Assembly (NCBI GenBank): GCA_963701965.1
Contig: OY969695.1
Span: 2,560,001-2,624,000 of the forward strand
Source: an uncultured Gemmatimonadales bacterium
GTDB taxonomy: Bacteria > Gemmatimonadota > Gemmatimonadetes > Gemmatimonadales > Gemmatimonadaceae
Length of the DNA stretch: 64,000 nt
Direction of reading: 5' to 3'
Positions 35,666-47,573 of the stretch are shown here, in pieces. Position 1 is the first letter of the stretch; each line of letters starts with the position of its first letter. The translations under genes and the position numbers were made by a program. A model generated the notes under the pieces. The model was not told the DNA's origin, did no database searches, and saw nothing but the letters and a program-made list of their open reading frames with translations.

Positions 35666-38114
35666 TCACTCGGCGCGCAGCGCGACGACGGGATCGACGC
35701 GCGCCGCCCTCCGGGCGGGGAGATAGCTGGCCACGGCCGCCACGGTCCCGAGAATCCCGACCACCGCCACCAGCGTGACCGGGTCGCTCGGACCAATGCC
35801 GTACAGGAGCGACCGCATGGCGCGGCCCAGCGCCACCGCGCCGCCGGCGCCCACCACCAAGCCGGTCCCCACCAGCGCGGCCGCGCTCCACGCGATCAGT
35901 CGGACAATGTCCCCGGCGCGCGCGCCCAGCGCCTTTCTGATCCCCATCTCGGCGGTCCGCTGCGTCACGGAATAGGCGATGACGCCATAGAGGCCGAGCG
36001 CGGCCAAGATCAACGCGACACCCGAGAACAGCGTCAGCAGGGACATGACGAGCCGCTGGCGCGAGACGCTGAAGTCGATCGCGGTGTCGCCGGTCGACAG
36101 ATCCCGCACGGGCATATCGGGATCGATCGCCGCGACGGCCCGCCGGATCGGGTTGATCAGCGACGCCGGTGGCATGGACGTGCGCACGTACACGCCGCCG
36201 GCGGCATACGGGTGGGTGATCGGCAGATACACGGCCGGAAAAGGCTTCTCGTCCAGCGTGAACTTCTTCACGTCGCCCGCGATGCCGATCACGACGGTCC
36301 GGATCGGCGTGCCGAACCCCTGATCGCCGTGCGCGCCATTGAGCACCGTCATCACGTGTCCGATCGGATTCGCGTTCGGCCAGTAGCGTTTGGCCGCGGT
36401 GGCGCTCACGATCGCGGGGATGGTCCCGCTCAGCATGTCGGCGTCGGTGAAGTCGCGGCCCATGGTGATCGGTATGCCCAGAGTCGCGAAGTAGCGCGCG
36501 CTCGCGGTCTCGAATATCGCGCCCACGGTGTCAGCGACGGCGTCGCGTCCGTCAGGCCCGACCTGCGTGAAGGTGCCCCCGCTATTCAGGGGCCCATGGT
36601 TGACCAGCGCCGCCGACCGCACGCCGGGCATCTGCGTGGCGGCCATGACACGCTGGTAGAGCGCGAACCGCGAGGCGTCATCGGTATACTTGCCCTTCGG
36701 CGGCGCGAAATCCCAGGTGATGAGAATGGCTGGTATCGAACCCCGGATCGACGGCGCGCAGGAGCGCGAAGCTCCGGATGAGCAGGCCGGCGCCGGAGAT
36801 GAGCACGACCGAGAGGGCGATTTGCGCGGTAACGATCGCGGAACGCAGCCGGAGTCCGCGGCGCGCAGCGCTGGAGCCGCGGCCGCCAGCCTTGAGCGCC
36901 GGGACGAGATCGCGCCGCCCGGAGACGGCCAACGGCGCCAGTCCGCACAGAATCGCCGCCAGCGAGGTCGCCGCCAGCGCCGCGCCGAGCGCGCGCCAGT
37001 CCAGATGGACTTCTTCCAGCCGCGGGATGTTGTCGGGCGCCGCGCCCACAAAGATCCGCACAGCGGCGAACGCGAGGACCACGCCCAGCACGCCGCCGGC
37101 GACCGCGACCAGGCCGCTTTCCGCGAGCAGCGCGCGCGCGATGCGCCCTCGCGTGGCGCCGAGTGCCGTTCGCACGGCGATCTCCCGATCGCGCGCCGTG
37201 GCACGGACCAGCGCCAGGTTCGCGACATCGGCACAAGCCAGGAGCAGCACCAGGACCACGCCCACGGTCAGCACGGCGAACGCGGGACCGATATCGCCGA
37301 CCACTTGATCGCGCAGCGGCGGGAGCGCGATGAACTGGAACGCCGAATCCGAGGCGGGATAGGCCACCGCCAGGCTGGCGGCGATCGTCGCCATCTCGCG
37401 CTCGGCTTGCCCGCGCGTGACGCCGGGCTTCAACCGGGCCAGCGTGCGCGCATCGGCGTGGCTCGTCCGCTTGCCGTGCCCACCGCGCATGACGTAGGGC
37501 GCACTCTCTAACGGGATGTAGAGCTCGGCGCGCCTCCCGGGCACCCAGTCGGGATAGGCCTGCCCGACGTCGAGCACGCCGACGATCGTGTAGGTGCCAA
37601 TGGTGAGATCGAGGGCACGTCCCACGACCCGCGTGTCGCCCGCGAAGTCGTTCAGCCACATCTCGTGCGACAACACCGCGACGGGTGCGGCGCCCGGACG
37701 GTTGTCCTCCGGCGTGATCAGGCGGCCGATCGCGGGTCGGGCCCGCAGCAGCGGGAAGAAGTCGTCGGTGACCATGGCGGCCAGGATCGACTCGCTACCG
37801 CCGGCCCGGCGATACGTGACTCCGTCGCCGGTGATATAGGCGAAGCCGGAGAAGACGTCCTGCTGCCGGTGGAAGTCCTGGAACGCGGGGTACGACAGCA
37901 CAGTCGAATCGCGGCCGCGCGTCGTCGCCAGGACGCTCACCAGCTGCTCGGATTCGGCGAAGGGGAGCGGCTTGAGGAGCACGCTGCCCACCACGGTGAA
38001 GGCGGCCGTCGTGGCGCCGATGCCGATCGCCAGGGTGGCGATGGCGACGATCGTGTACAGGGGAGTCCGGGCGAGCGCGCGCCACGCGTGGCGCACCTCG
38101 TCGACCGCGGTCAT
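35666..38114 (-). CDS. Duplicated MacB/FtsX-type ABC permease (ADOP family); apparent frameshift near 36725
   Basis: TLAIGIGATTA, LLACADVANL, REIAVRTALGA, DPGF, GLYGVIAYSVTQRTAEMGIRKALGA, PARRAARVDP. Confidence 0.92.
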
Positions 38115-38842
38115 GCCATCCACCCGTCGCGGAGCGTCACGATGCGACGGCCAGCGGCGGCGTTTTCCTCGGAGTGGGTGACCTGCACGATGGTCGTGCC
38201 GCGCGCGTTGAGCTCGCGAAAGAGGGCCATGATCTCGCGGCCCTGGCTCGAGTGGAGATTGCCGGTCGGCTCGTCGGCCAGGATCACGGCGGGCGCGGCG
38301 ATCACGGCGCGCGCGATCCCGACGAGCTGCTGTTGCCCGCCCGACAGCTGGCGGGGATAGAGATCTTTCTTGCCGACGATGCCAAACCGGTCGAGCGTGT
38401 CGGCGACCAACGCCTGCCGCTGGGCGCGCGGCACGTCGCGATACGACAGCGGGACGTCGAGGTTCTCCGCCACGGTCAGGTCATCGAGCAGGTGATACTG
38501 CTGGAACACGAACCCGATGTGGCGCTTCCCGAGCGCGACGCGGGACTTGTGGGGCAGGGCGTGCACGGCCTGGCCGGCCAGGTGGTACTCGCCGGACCAA
38601 CCCGAGTCCAACATCCCGAGGAGGTTGAGGAGCGTCGACTTGCCGGCGCCGGACGGGCCCATGATGGACACGAAATCGCCGGCGGCGATGTCGAGCGTGA
38701 TGTTGCGCAGCACGTAGGTCCGGTTGCCCCCGGCCTCGTACCACCGTTCGACTCCGCGGAGCCCGATCAACGGCTCGCCCGGCTGGGCGACCGGCGGCGG
38801 CGGCTCGACCGCCGTTTCGGTCCGTCTCGACCAGATCATCAT
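38111..38842 (-). CDS. ABC transporter ATP-binding protein (MacB/LolD type)
   Basis: GPSGAGKST, LSGGQQQ, LADEPTGNL, VTH. Confidence 0.94.
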   Translation of the reverse strand: MMIWSRRTETAVEPPPPVAQPGEPLIGLRGVERWYEAGGNRTYVLRNITLDIAAGDFVSIMGPSGAGKSTLLNLLGMLDSGWSGEYHLAGQAVHALPHKSRVALGKRHIGFVFQQYHLLDDLTVAENLDVPLSYRDVPRAQRQALVADTLDRFGIVGKKDLYPRQLSGGQQQLVGIARAVIAAPAVILADEPTGNLHSSQGREIMALFRELNARGTTIVQVTHSEENAAAGRRIVTLRDGWMA

Positions 38843-39159
38843 GTGGGGCAACCTGACGGCGGGGCGGCGCTGACGGCAAGGACCCGCGACGGGCCGTGGC
38901 CGGCCACCTGCACACAGACCGACGAGGCCAGCATGTGGCGCGAGGCGTTCACCAGGAAGATCGCCGCGAGCAGCTCGCCGATCAGGAGACCACGGCGGAA
39001 CCAGCCCCGCGGCGGCCGCACGAGCCCGACGCGGAGGTCATCGATCGCCGAGGCCACCACGGGGATCACCCCGCAGGCCACGACCAATGCCACGACCGCC
39101 ACATTGCTGAGGCGGATCGCCGACCCGGCCAACAAGACCCCGCTGATCTCTGTCATCAC
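38839..39159 (-). CDS. Small hypothetical membrane protein
   Basis: 106 aa with two hydrophobic segments, filling the operon gap with an ATGA overlap. Confidence 0.5.
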   Translation of the reverse strand: MMTEISGVLLAGSAIRLSNVAVVALVVACGVIPVVASAIDDLRVGLVRPPRGWFRRGLLIGELLAAIFLVNASRHMLASSVCVQVAGHGPSRVLAVSAAPPSGCPT

Positions 39160-39182
39160 CCGCCCCCGCCCCCAAGTCTCTG

Positions 39183-39934
<752 letters not shown>

Positions 39935-39938
<4 letters not shown>

Positions 39939-41179
39939 TCTACCCGGACCTTGTTGACGTTGTCCCACGCGGACATATCGGAAATGATCACATGGTCGCC
40001 GGCCACGAGTCCCTGCAGGACTTCAATAGTGGTGACCGAACTCTTGCCGAGCTTCACGGTGCGACGCACCGCAGTCCTGCCATCGGGTCCTATCGTGAAC
40101 AACGTGACGGTGCCGTCGGGCTGGCCGAACGCCGGGCGACCCACGTACAGCACGTTGTCCAACCGCTCGATCTCGATCGTGCCGTCGACGCTGAGATCGG
40201 CGCGGGCGCCGTCGGGAAGCTTGCCCTCGAGCGAGACGTCGACGCCCACAGTGCCATTCTGCACGGACGGATCGATGCGCTCGACGCGTCCCGGCACGGT
40301 GCCATTGCGCGTGTCCACGGAGACGACTTGGCCGACGATGACGTCCTTGGCCTGGGTCTCGGGCACGTTGAGCACGGCCTTGAGTTTCCCGGGCTGGGCG
40401 ACGCGCGCCAGCATGAGCCCCGGAGTCACCCATTGTCCGAGCAGCAGCGGCAGCTCCTGCAACACGCCGGGCTCGCCGGCCGTCACATGCATCGACTGGA
40501 TGCGCCCTTGTTGGAACCGGGAGATCGCCTTGAGGTGCTCGACTTGCTCGGTCTGCAGCGCAATCTGCTGGTCGATCGATGAGGTCAACACCGCGAGGCG
40601 GTCGCGCTCGATCTGGAGCTTGGTCTTCGTGGACGTGGCGGCATCGCGGGCCCGGGCCAGCTCGTTGCTGCCGGCCAACCCTTTCCCATCAAGCGTCTGA
40701 AAGACGGTCTGGTTGCGCGCGGCCTCATTGGCGTCCATCTCCGCGGTCGATACCGCGGACGCCTGCGTGAGGCGCTGATTCTCCAATGATTGCTTGAGCG
40801 CGACTAGCGCGCCCTCGGCGACCGAGAGTTGCCGTTCGGCGTCCAAAGCCTCGAGCTGCACGTCGGGGTTCGATAGCTGCGCGATCACGGTCTCAGGCGT
40901 CACGGTCACGCCGGCTTTGATCGGCAGGGTCTCGACGCGCCCCGCGGTCACAGCCGCGATGATGCGGACGTGATCGGGCAGCAGCGTGCCTGGGGCGCGC
41001 ACTTGCCTCAGCATGGTCCCGCGGCGCACCGAGTCGATCCACAGCGTGCTTCTCTCCACTGATGGTGGACGGGATTCCAGTCGGCTGACCGACACGGAAA
41101 GCGCGGTGATCGCGACGACGGCGCCCGCAATGATCAGATACCGGCGGCGGGATTTTGGTTTGCTACGAACGATGTCCAT
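39935..41179 (-). CDS. Periplasmic adaptor (HlyD/MacA-like) subunit
   Basis: N-terminal TM, lipoyl half-motifs around a coiled coil, RIDPSVQNGTV, C-terminal GLVAGDHVIISD. Confidence 0.92.
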
Positions 41180-41192
41180 GGCCACCTGTATA

Positions 41193-41308
41193 TGGAAGTC
41201 GTGTGCCGGCCGGGGTTGGCGGCTAATGTGTTGATTTTATTGCGGTTGCATGATGAGCAACCGGATGGTGTTCACCCGACGCTGGGAACGACCGTCCCAG
41301 AATCGGAC
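41193..41308 (-). promoter_or_regulatory. sigma54-type promoter architecture: -24/-12 element, IHF site, upstream activator palindrome
   Basis: CGGCACACGACTTCCA (41208-41193; imperfect -12). Exact IHF consensus AATCAACACATTA (41236-41224). GTCC-N7-GGAC palindrome (41294-41308). The operon encodes its own NtrC-like activator. Confidence 0.65.
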
Positions 41309-41321
41309 AGGCGCCGGCCGG

Positions 41322-41741
41322 CTAACGCCGGGCGCGAACGCCGGCGTAGAGCGTGAGCGCGACCAACACGGCGAGGCCAATAAACACGATCGCGATCATG
41401 TGCGAGGCCAGGCCGAGGGCGGCACGCATGGCCGCGACCTGGATGATGGACATGAACGTGACGGTGCCAAAGGCAACGATCTCGACCGACTCACGGGCCC
41501 GGGGATCGTTGGCCCGCCGGGGGTCGAGGCGGACGGCGATCTGCATCGAGACGAAGATGAGCGCGGTGACCACTGGCAGGAACCACGCGCCGAACTCCCG
41601 GCTTGCCCAACGGGTCGGCTGGCCATCGAGACCCCACTTCATGGGGACGCGCGCGGGCAGGCTCGGGTACACGGAGAGCGTGTACACGACAGCCACGGCG
41701 AGCGCCGCGACGGGCACCAGGGTTCTCAGAAGTCGGCCCAT
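41322..41741 (-). CDS. DUF1648 (SdpI N-terminal-like) membrane protein
   Basis: YPSLPARVPMKWGLDGQPTRW plus four TM segments. Confidence 0.82.
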   Translation of the reverse strand: MGRLLRTLVPVAALAVAVVYTLSVYPSLPARVPMKWGLDGQPTRWASREFGAWFLPVVTALIFVSMQIAVRLDPRRANDPRARESVEIVAFGTVTFMSIIQVAAMRAALGLASHMIAIVFIGLAVLVALTLYAGVRARR

Positions 41742-41789
41742 ATCTTTTGGACGACCTTAGCGTACAAACCGATTCAGGGAGACTGCATT

Positions 41790-42215
41790 ATGCCGACACG
41801 TCACGCGACCGCCACGTGGGAAGGGGGTCTGCAAAAAGGAAAGGGATCGTTCTCCGGCGAGAGCGGCGCCATTGGGGCGTCGTACTCGTTCGGTTCGCGG
41901 TTCGAGAATGCCAAAGGCTCCAACCCCGAAGAGCTGCTCGCGGCCGCCGAGGCCGCGTGCTATAGCATGGCGCTGGCCGCCGGGTTGGAGCAAGCCGGCA
42001 CGCCGGCGACGCGGGTGGACACGCGCGCGACCTGCACCATTGAGAAACAAGGCGCCGGGTTCACCATCACCGGCATCACGTTGGTCGTGAAGGCCAGCGT
42101 CCCCGGCATCGATGCCGCCAAGTTCAAGAAGGCGACCGAGGACACCAAGGAGAACTGTCCGGTATCCAAGGCGCTCAAGGCCGTGCCCATCACGCTGGAC
42201 GCGCAGTTGGTGTAA
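41790..42215 (+). CDS. osmC: OsmC family peroxiredoxin
   Basis: ATWEGGL..GKG, YSFGSRFE, NPEELLAAAEAACYSMAL, CPVSKAL. GGGAG RBS. Confidence 0.95.
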   Translation: MPTRHATATWEGGLQKGKGSFSGESGAIGASYSFGSRFENAKGSNPEELLAAAEAACYSMALAAGLEQAGTPATRVDTRATCTIEKQGAGFTITGITLVVKASVPGIDAAKFKKATEDTKENCPVSKALKAVPITLDAQLV

Positions 42216-42245
42216 GCGGGCGGCCGGAGTAGCCGCGACCGGTGA

Positions 42246-42692
42246 TCAGTGGTTCGCCACCAGCGTGGCGCGCAGCATGGTCACCGTGTCCGCGGTGTCG
42301 AAGGGGAACCCCGGCGCCGGACCGGTGCTCTGCCGGATCAGCATGTTGAAGTGATTCGAGTCGCCGCCAAACGCGCCGCGCACCTGCAGCGTGTCGTGGC
42401 TCGCGTCAGCGATGCTGAGATTGACCGGCATGATCAACGGGCAGGGACAGTTGCAACCGCAACCCGCGACTCCCGTGTTGCGGCCCGCGATACTCAAGGC
42501 CATCGCGCCGATGGACCCTGTCCCGGCGATCGAGTCGCCGGTCTGAATGAGCGTGAGTGTGAGGACGCGCTGGGCCGTGTCGGTCGCGCTCCACATGCCG
42601 TTCACTGACGGACCACGCGCGGTCGCCGAGGTCGGGGCGCTCGAGCAGGCGGCGACGAGGATCAGGGCGGAGACTACGAGACACAAGCGCAA
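42246..42692 (-). CDS. Hypothetical lipoprotein
   Basis: VAAC lipobox, GMW..TLTLIQTGDSIAGTG beta-rich fold. GGAGG RBS before the TTG. Confidence 0.7.
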   Translation of the reverse strand: MRLCLVVSALILVAACSSAPTSATARGPSVNGMWSATDTAQRVLTLTLIQTGDSIAGTGSIGAMALSIAGRNTGVAGCGCNCPCPLIMPVNLSIADASHDTLQVRGAFGGDSNHFNMLIRQSTGPAPGFPFDTADTVTMLRATLVANH

Positions 42693-42704
42693 GCGAGCCC
42701 TCCT

Positions 42705-43181
42705 TTATGCCTGGATGGACCCCCGCCGGTCGGATCGGGTCACGGGCGCGGCCGCGCATGTCCGGTCCAGCCAGCGGCGAAAAGTGTAGTCGGCGCCAAA
42801 GTAGGGCAGGACGTAGGCCACGGACCAGAGCGCGATCTGGGCATTGATCAATCGTCCATGCGGCCACCGATCGAGCCCGATGAGGATCAAGAGCGCGCTC
42901 AGGGTCAGGACGAGGCCGAGGAGGGCCGTGAACCGGAGCTCGTAGCGGACCCGCCAGGGCTCGCCGGCGTTGGCGCCAATGGTGACGCGTCCGGACGAGA
43001 TGGCCAATGACACACCTCCGGCGGCCAGCCGCCAGGGCGGCGGCATCCAGAAAGCGAACCCTCCAATGACGGAGTGGTCGACGCGGGCGCCGATCGCGGA
43101 CAGTTCGTGTCCGACGTGGAACAGAATCTCCCGCGTCTGGCGTGCCGTGGGCTGCGGATCGAGCGGAAGGGATCTCACCAC
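42705..43181 (-). CDS. Hypothetical membrane protein
   Basis: 158 aa with two C-terminal TM segments. Start uncertain. Confidence 0.6.
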   Translation of the reverse strand: MVRSLPLDPQPTARQTREILFHVGHELSAIGARVDHSVIGGFAFWMPPPWRLAAGGVSLAISSGRVTIGANAGEPWRVRYELRFTALLGLVLTLSALLILIGLDRWPHGRLINAQIALWSVAYVLPYFGADYTFRRWLDRTCAAAPVTRSDRRGSIQA

Positions 43182-43191
43182 GGCGCCGCCG

Positions 43192-44110
43192 TCATGACAG
43201 AATCAACTCCCGCCGGCCGAGGGCCGCTGGCGCCGCACGCCGGCCGGCGAGGACGGCGAGCGCGATCAGCGTGAGCACGTACGGCAACGCGAGAAAGAGC
43301 TGGTAGGGGGCGTGCCAGCCCATAGCCTGAAACAGGAACTGGAGCGCCGAGGCCGCCCCAAAGAGGAGCGCGCCGATCGCCGTGCCCACGGGGTGCCAGC
43401 GGCCGAGCGCAACGACCGCAATGGCAATGAACCCGCGGCCGGCCGACATGCCCTCGGCGAACGTCCCGACCTGCGCCAGCACGAGCGTGCCGCCGGCGAG
43501 TCCGCCCATGACGCCGCCAAAGACGACCGCGAGGAGTTGAATGCGGCGCGCGTCGAGTCCCGCGGCGCGGGCCGCGTCGGGATTCTCGCCGACGGCGCGG
43601 AGCGCCAGGCCGGCCCGCGTGCGGTACATCGCGTACGCCATCAACGGAACCAAGAGGTAGACGGCATACGTGATGGCCGGCTGGTTGAAGAGCGAAGGTC
43701 CAATGACCGGTATACGCGCCAGCACCGGAATCGCGGTGGCGGGCTCGGTCGGCGTGGACAGTGCGGCGCCAGCGGCGCCGAACGCGCGCCGGTAGAGCGT
43801 GCCCGTGAGACCCAGGCCGAGGAGCGTGATCGCCGTCCCCGTGATGATCTGGTCGGCGCGCAGCACGACAGCAAATCCCGCGAAGAGCAGCGCCACCAGG
43901 GCGCCGCCGGCGGCCGCCGCCGCGAATCCCGTGGCGACGCCCACCGCCTGCGCCCCGACGAGCGCGGCGAAGGCGCCGACGATGATCGATGCCCTCGAGT
44001 CCGACATTAATGACTCCGGCGCACTCGGCCACTGTTTCGCCGAGCGCGGCCAGCGCCAGGGGCGTGGCCGTGCGGATCGTCGCGGCGAGAAAATCAGTGA
44101 GCGCGTGCAC
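43192..44110 (-). CDS. Nucleoside/simple-sugar ABC transporter permease; apparent frameshift near 43987
   Basis: ATPLALAALGE..AGVINVGLEG in one frame, then GLALRAVGENP and AGRGFIAIA in the next. Confidence 0.9.
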
Positions 44111-45131
44111 GCCAGCGGGACCCCGGAATGAGAAAGACGAGGATGAGCACCGCTTCGACGACCGAGACCACGACGGAGGGTACGCCGGCATCGCGCTGCA
44201 TGGCACCGGCGCCGGCCTCCAGCGCACCGAACAGGATGCCCGTGAGGATCACGCCATAGGGGGAGAGGCCGGCGAGCAGCGCGACCGCGATGGCCGTGTA
44301 GCCATAGCCAGGCGAGATGTTCTCGTACAGCGCATAGGTCACGCCGGTCACCTCGACCGCGCCGGCCAGGCCAGCGAGCGCCCCGCTCACCAGGAACGCG
44401 CGCGTTGTGGTGCCCGGCACGTCGATCAACCCGGCGCTCGCGGCCGCGAACGGATTCGCACCGGCGGCCCGGAGCCGAAATCCGGGCGCGGTCTCCCGCA
44501 ACACCCAGCCGGCGGCGAGCGCCGCGACGAGCGCGATCAGGAATCCCGCGTGCAGACGCGACCCCGGGACGAGTCCGCGCAGGAGGCGCGGCATCGTGGC
44601 GATGGCGGGGAGGTTCGCGGTCTGGGGATAGATGTGCGTGGGCTCCTGCAGCGGACCGCGCACGAGCCAGCCGACGGCGTCGAGCGCGATGAAGTTGAGC
44701 ATGATCGTGCTGATGACTTCGAGCACGCCGAATCGGCGCCGGAGCCACTCGGCGATGCCGGCCCATCCGGCGCCGGCCAGGGTACCCAGAACGAGCGCCA
44801 CGGGCACGGCGACTGCCGTGTGGGCGGCGGCCGTGATGCCGTACGCCGCGGCGGCCGTGGCACCGGCGAGGAACTGCCCCTCGGCGCCGATGTTGAGCAC
44901 ATTGGCGCGAAAGGCGATGGCCACGCCGAGGCCCGTGAGGATGAGCGGCGTGGCGCGCACCAGGGTGGCCGAGACGATCACGTAGGGCGAGCCGAACGAT
45001 CCGCGCCACAGGGCGCGAAGGGCGGGGGCCGGGGCGTAGCCGGTCAGCGCGACTACGATGACCAGCGCGAGGACCGCGATGGCCGGGCGGAGCAGGACGT
45101 CACGAAGCGCGGCCGGCGTGAGGGCCGCCAT
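44094..45131 (-). CDS. Nucleoside/simple-sugar ABC transporter permease
   Basis: ATPLILTGL, NIGAEGQ, EVISTIMLNFIA, GYGYTAIAVALL. Confidence 0.92.
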   Translation of the reverse strand: MAALTPAALRDVLLRPAIAVLALVIVVALTGYAPAPALRALWRGSFGSPYVIVSATLVRATPLILTGLGVAIAFRANVLNIGAEGQFLAGATAAAAYGITAAAHTAVAVPVALVLGTLAGAGWAGIAEWLRRRFGVLEVISTIMLNFIALDAVGWLVRGPLQEPTHIYPQTANLPAIATMPRLLRGLVPGSRLHAGFLIALVAALAAGWVLRETAPGFRLRAAGANPFAAASAGLIDVPGTTTRAFLVSGALAGLAGAVEVTGVTYALYENISPGYGYTAIAVALLAGLSPYGVILTGILFGALEAGAGAMQRDAGVPSVVVSVVEAVLILVFLIPGSRWRARAH

Positions 45132-45150
45132 CAGGATCGCGGTCGGGAAA

Positions 45151-45598
45151 TCAGCGGGCCGTGCGCGGCAGCCATCGGGAAGCGCCCTCGGCGTCGCGGC
45201 GAATGATCGCCTCGACCTGGGCGCCAATGGCGTGGCCGGTGAGGCGGACGACCGGATCGTCGGGTGAGCGCTTGGATGGCGCTCGACGACCGGCCGCGCA
45301 TCACGACGGAGAACTGGCCGAGGAACGCCGAGCCATCGCATTCGATCACGATGTTCGGGGGCGCCAGCACCTCGACGTTCGACAGGACGCCGACGATCTC
45401 GATCTCGTGCACTCCGGGCTCGACCGTCGCGTGGCGGAGGTCAATGGTCACTTGCCCCAGAACAGCGACGACCCGCATGTGCCGCGGCAGCGTCCACGGG
45501 CCGCTCAGCTTGTGGTGCGAGAGGAATGTCACGACGCCGCGCGTCCGTCGGACCGGCGGCGTGGGATGCGCGATCGGGGCGAGGTCGTGGGGCTCCAC
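45151..45598 (-). CDS. LiaF/DUF1707-associated beta-rich domain protein; apparent frameshift near 45274
   Basis: GPWTLP..VVAVLGQVTIDLRHA, VECDGSAFLG-like segment, continuing as PVVRLTGHAIGAQVE in another frame. TGcTACATT box 6 nt before the GTG. Confidence 0.7.
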
Positions 45599-45629
45599 GA
45601 CCAGAATGTAGCAGAAATGCGCGGTCGGT

Positions 45630-47573
45630 TTAACTGAGACCCAGCATGACCCGCCCCACGAATTCGCGATCGAACGGGGCGGGGGTATCGCCGGCGCGCG
45701 CGCGGGGGATTTCGCGGACGGCGCCGCGGGCGACCACGAGGACGCGGTCGGCGAGATCCAGCACCTCGTCGAGATCGCTGGAGTGCCACACGATCGCGGT
45801 GCCGCGATCGCGCGCCGCGAGCAGCGCATCGCGGAGGCCGGCGGCGGCCTGGACGTCGAGTCCGCGCGTGGGATTCGAGGCGATGAGCGCGGCAGGTGTA
45901 TCATCGATCTCGCGCGCCAGGACGAGACGCTGCTGGTTGCCGCCGGACAGCGACCGCGCCGAGCTCCCGGGGCCGCCGGTCCGGATATCGTAGCGGGCCA
46001 GCAGGTCGGCGGTGGCCTGTCGGACGGCCGCCCACCGGGCGCGACCGCGGCGCCGGCCCGCGCCCCGCAGGTACACGTTCTCGTAGAGCGGAAAATCGGC
46101 GATGAGGCCGTCGCGCTGGCGGTCCTCGGGGATGAACCCGACCTCCGACGGCACCGTGAGCCGGCCTCCCGTCACCGTCGTCCGACCAGCGAGCGCGCGG
46201 AGCAAGGGCACCTGTCCCTGACCCTCGACCCCCACGACGCCGACGATCTCCCCGGCGTGCACGGCAAAGGTGGCCGCGCGCACGGGACCAATGTCGATCG
46301 CGTCGGCCCGGATCACGACGGGACCAGGCGTGCCCGCGCTCCGGCGCGCGCCCGGCTTTGGCGCGGCCGCGCCGAGCATGGCGTCGACGATTGTGGCTTC
46401 GTCGACAGCCGCCGCGGGCGCGGCGAGCACAGTCCGGCCGCGCCGCAAGACGGTGATGTCGTCCGCCACGCTGAGTGCGTCGCCGAGCTTGTGGGTGATG
46501 AGCACGACGGCGCAACCACGGTCGGCGAGCCGCCGCAGCCACCGCAGCAACTGGGCGGCCTCTTCGGGCGCGAGGACGGCCGTCGGCTCATCGAGGATGA
46601 GCACGCGGGCATCCCGCGCCAATGCCTTGATGATCTCAACGCGCTGCTGGGCGGCGACCGAGAGATCGCCGACACGGGCATTGGGATCGACCCCAATGTC
46701 GTACGGCAGCGGCTCGGCGACATCGAGGCGCATCTCGCGGGCGACGTTCGTCACGACTGTCGCTGCATCACGCGCATTAAAACGCCAGTCGCGCGTCAGT
46801 GTACCGCCGCTGGCAAGAGCGACGTTCTCGGCCACTGTCATATTCTCGACCAGCGCATAGTGCTGGTGCACCATGCCGAGGCCCGCCGCGATGGCATCGG
46901 ACGGGGCACCGAACCGGCGCGGCTGTCCGTCCACGAAGACCGCCCCGGCGTCGGGCCGGATCATCCCGAATGCCACGCGCATGAGCGTGGTCTTCCCGGC
47001 CCCGTTTTCGCCGAGGAGCGCGTGCACGGTGCCCGCGGCCACGTCAATGCGCGCCCCATCGAGCGCGAGAATCCCGGTGTCCCTGGATCTCGGCTCACCC
47101 GGGATCAGTTCAACCGACCCCGGATCTCGCGACGCGGAGCGTCCCAGGGATCCCGGCGCAGCCGGGTCCAGTCCAACCGACCCCGGATCTCGCGACGCGG
47201 AGCGTCCCAGGGATCCCGGCGCAGCCGGGTCCAGTCCAACCGACCCCGGATCTCGCGACGCGGAGCGTCCCAGGGATCCCGGCGCAGCCGGGTCCAGTCC
47301 AACCGACCCCGGATCTCGCGACGCGGAGCGTCCCAGGGATCCCGGCGCAGCCGGGTCCAGTCCAACCGACCCCGGATCTCGCGACGCGGAGCGTCCCAGG
47401 GATCCCGGCGCAGCCGGGTCCAGTCCAACCGACCCCGGATCTCGCGACGCGGAGCGTCGCAGGGATCCCGGCGCAGCCGGGTCCAGTCCAACCGACCCCG
47501 GATCTCGCGACGCGGAGCGTCGCAGAGATCCGAACCGTTTCGTGATGTCGTGGAGCTGGAGCGCCGCGGTCAC
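45630..47573 (-). CDS. Nucleoside/sugar ABC transporter ATP-binding protein with a ~147-aa in-frame repeat insertion
   Basis: ITKRFG, then the insert, then ILALDG. GENGAGKTT, LDEPT, ITHKL, IPEDR, LSGGNQQ, PTRGLD. Confidence 0.93.
   Translation of the reverse strand: MTAALQLHDITKRFGSLRRSASRDPGSVGLDPAAPGSLRRSASRDPGSVGLDPAAPGSLGRSASRDPGSVGLDPAAPGSLGRSASRDPGSVGLDPAAPGSLGRSASRDPGSVGLDPAAPGSLGRSASRDPGSVGLDPAAPGSLGRSASRDPGSVELIPGEPRSRDTGILALDGARIDVAAGTVHALLGENGAGKTTLMRVAFGMIRPDAGAVFVDGQPRRFGAPSDAIAAGLGMVHQHYALVENMTVAENVALASGGTLTRDWRFNARDAATVVTNVAREMRLDVAEPLPYDIGVDPNARVGDLSVAAQQRVEIIKALARDARVLILDEPTAVLAPEEAAQLLRWLRRLADRGCAVVLITHKLGDALSVADDITVLRRGRTVLAAPAAAVDEATIVDAMLGAAAPKPGARRSAGTPGPVVIRADAIDIGPVRAATFAVHAGEIVGVVGVEGQGQVPLLRALAGRTTVTGGRLTVPSEVGFIPEDRQRDGLIADFPLYENVYLRGAGRRRGRARWAAVRQATADLLARYDIRTGGPGSSARSLSGGNQQRLVLAREIDDTPAALIASNPTRGLDVQAAAGLRDALLAARDRGTAIVWHSSDLDEVLDLADRVLVVARGAVREIPRARAGDTPAPFDREFVGRVMLGLS
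47086..47526. repeat. Seven tandem 63-bp double-hairpin units, same family as in hisH
   Basis: Units start at 47086, 47149, 47212, 47275, 47338, 47401 and 47464. GATCC recurs at 47527. Confidence 0.97.

Noticed and set aside
47086..47526. Palindromic repeat array as a possible CRISPR
   Set aside because: Units are contiguous and near-identical with no unique spacers, lie inside a CDS, and no cas genes are present.
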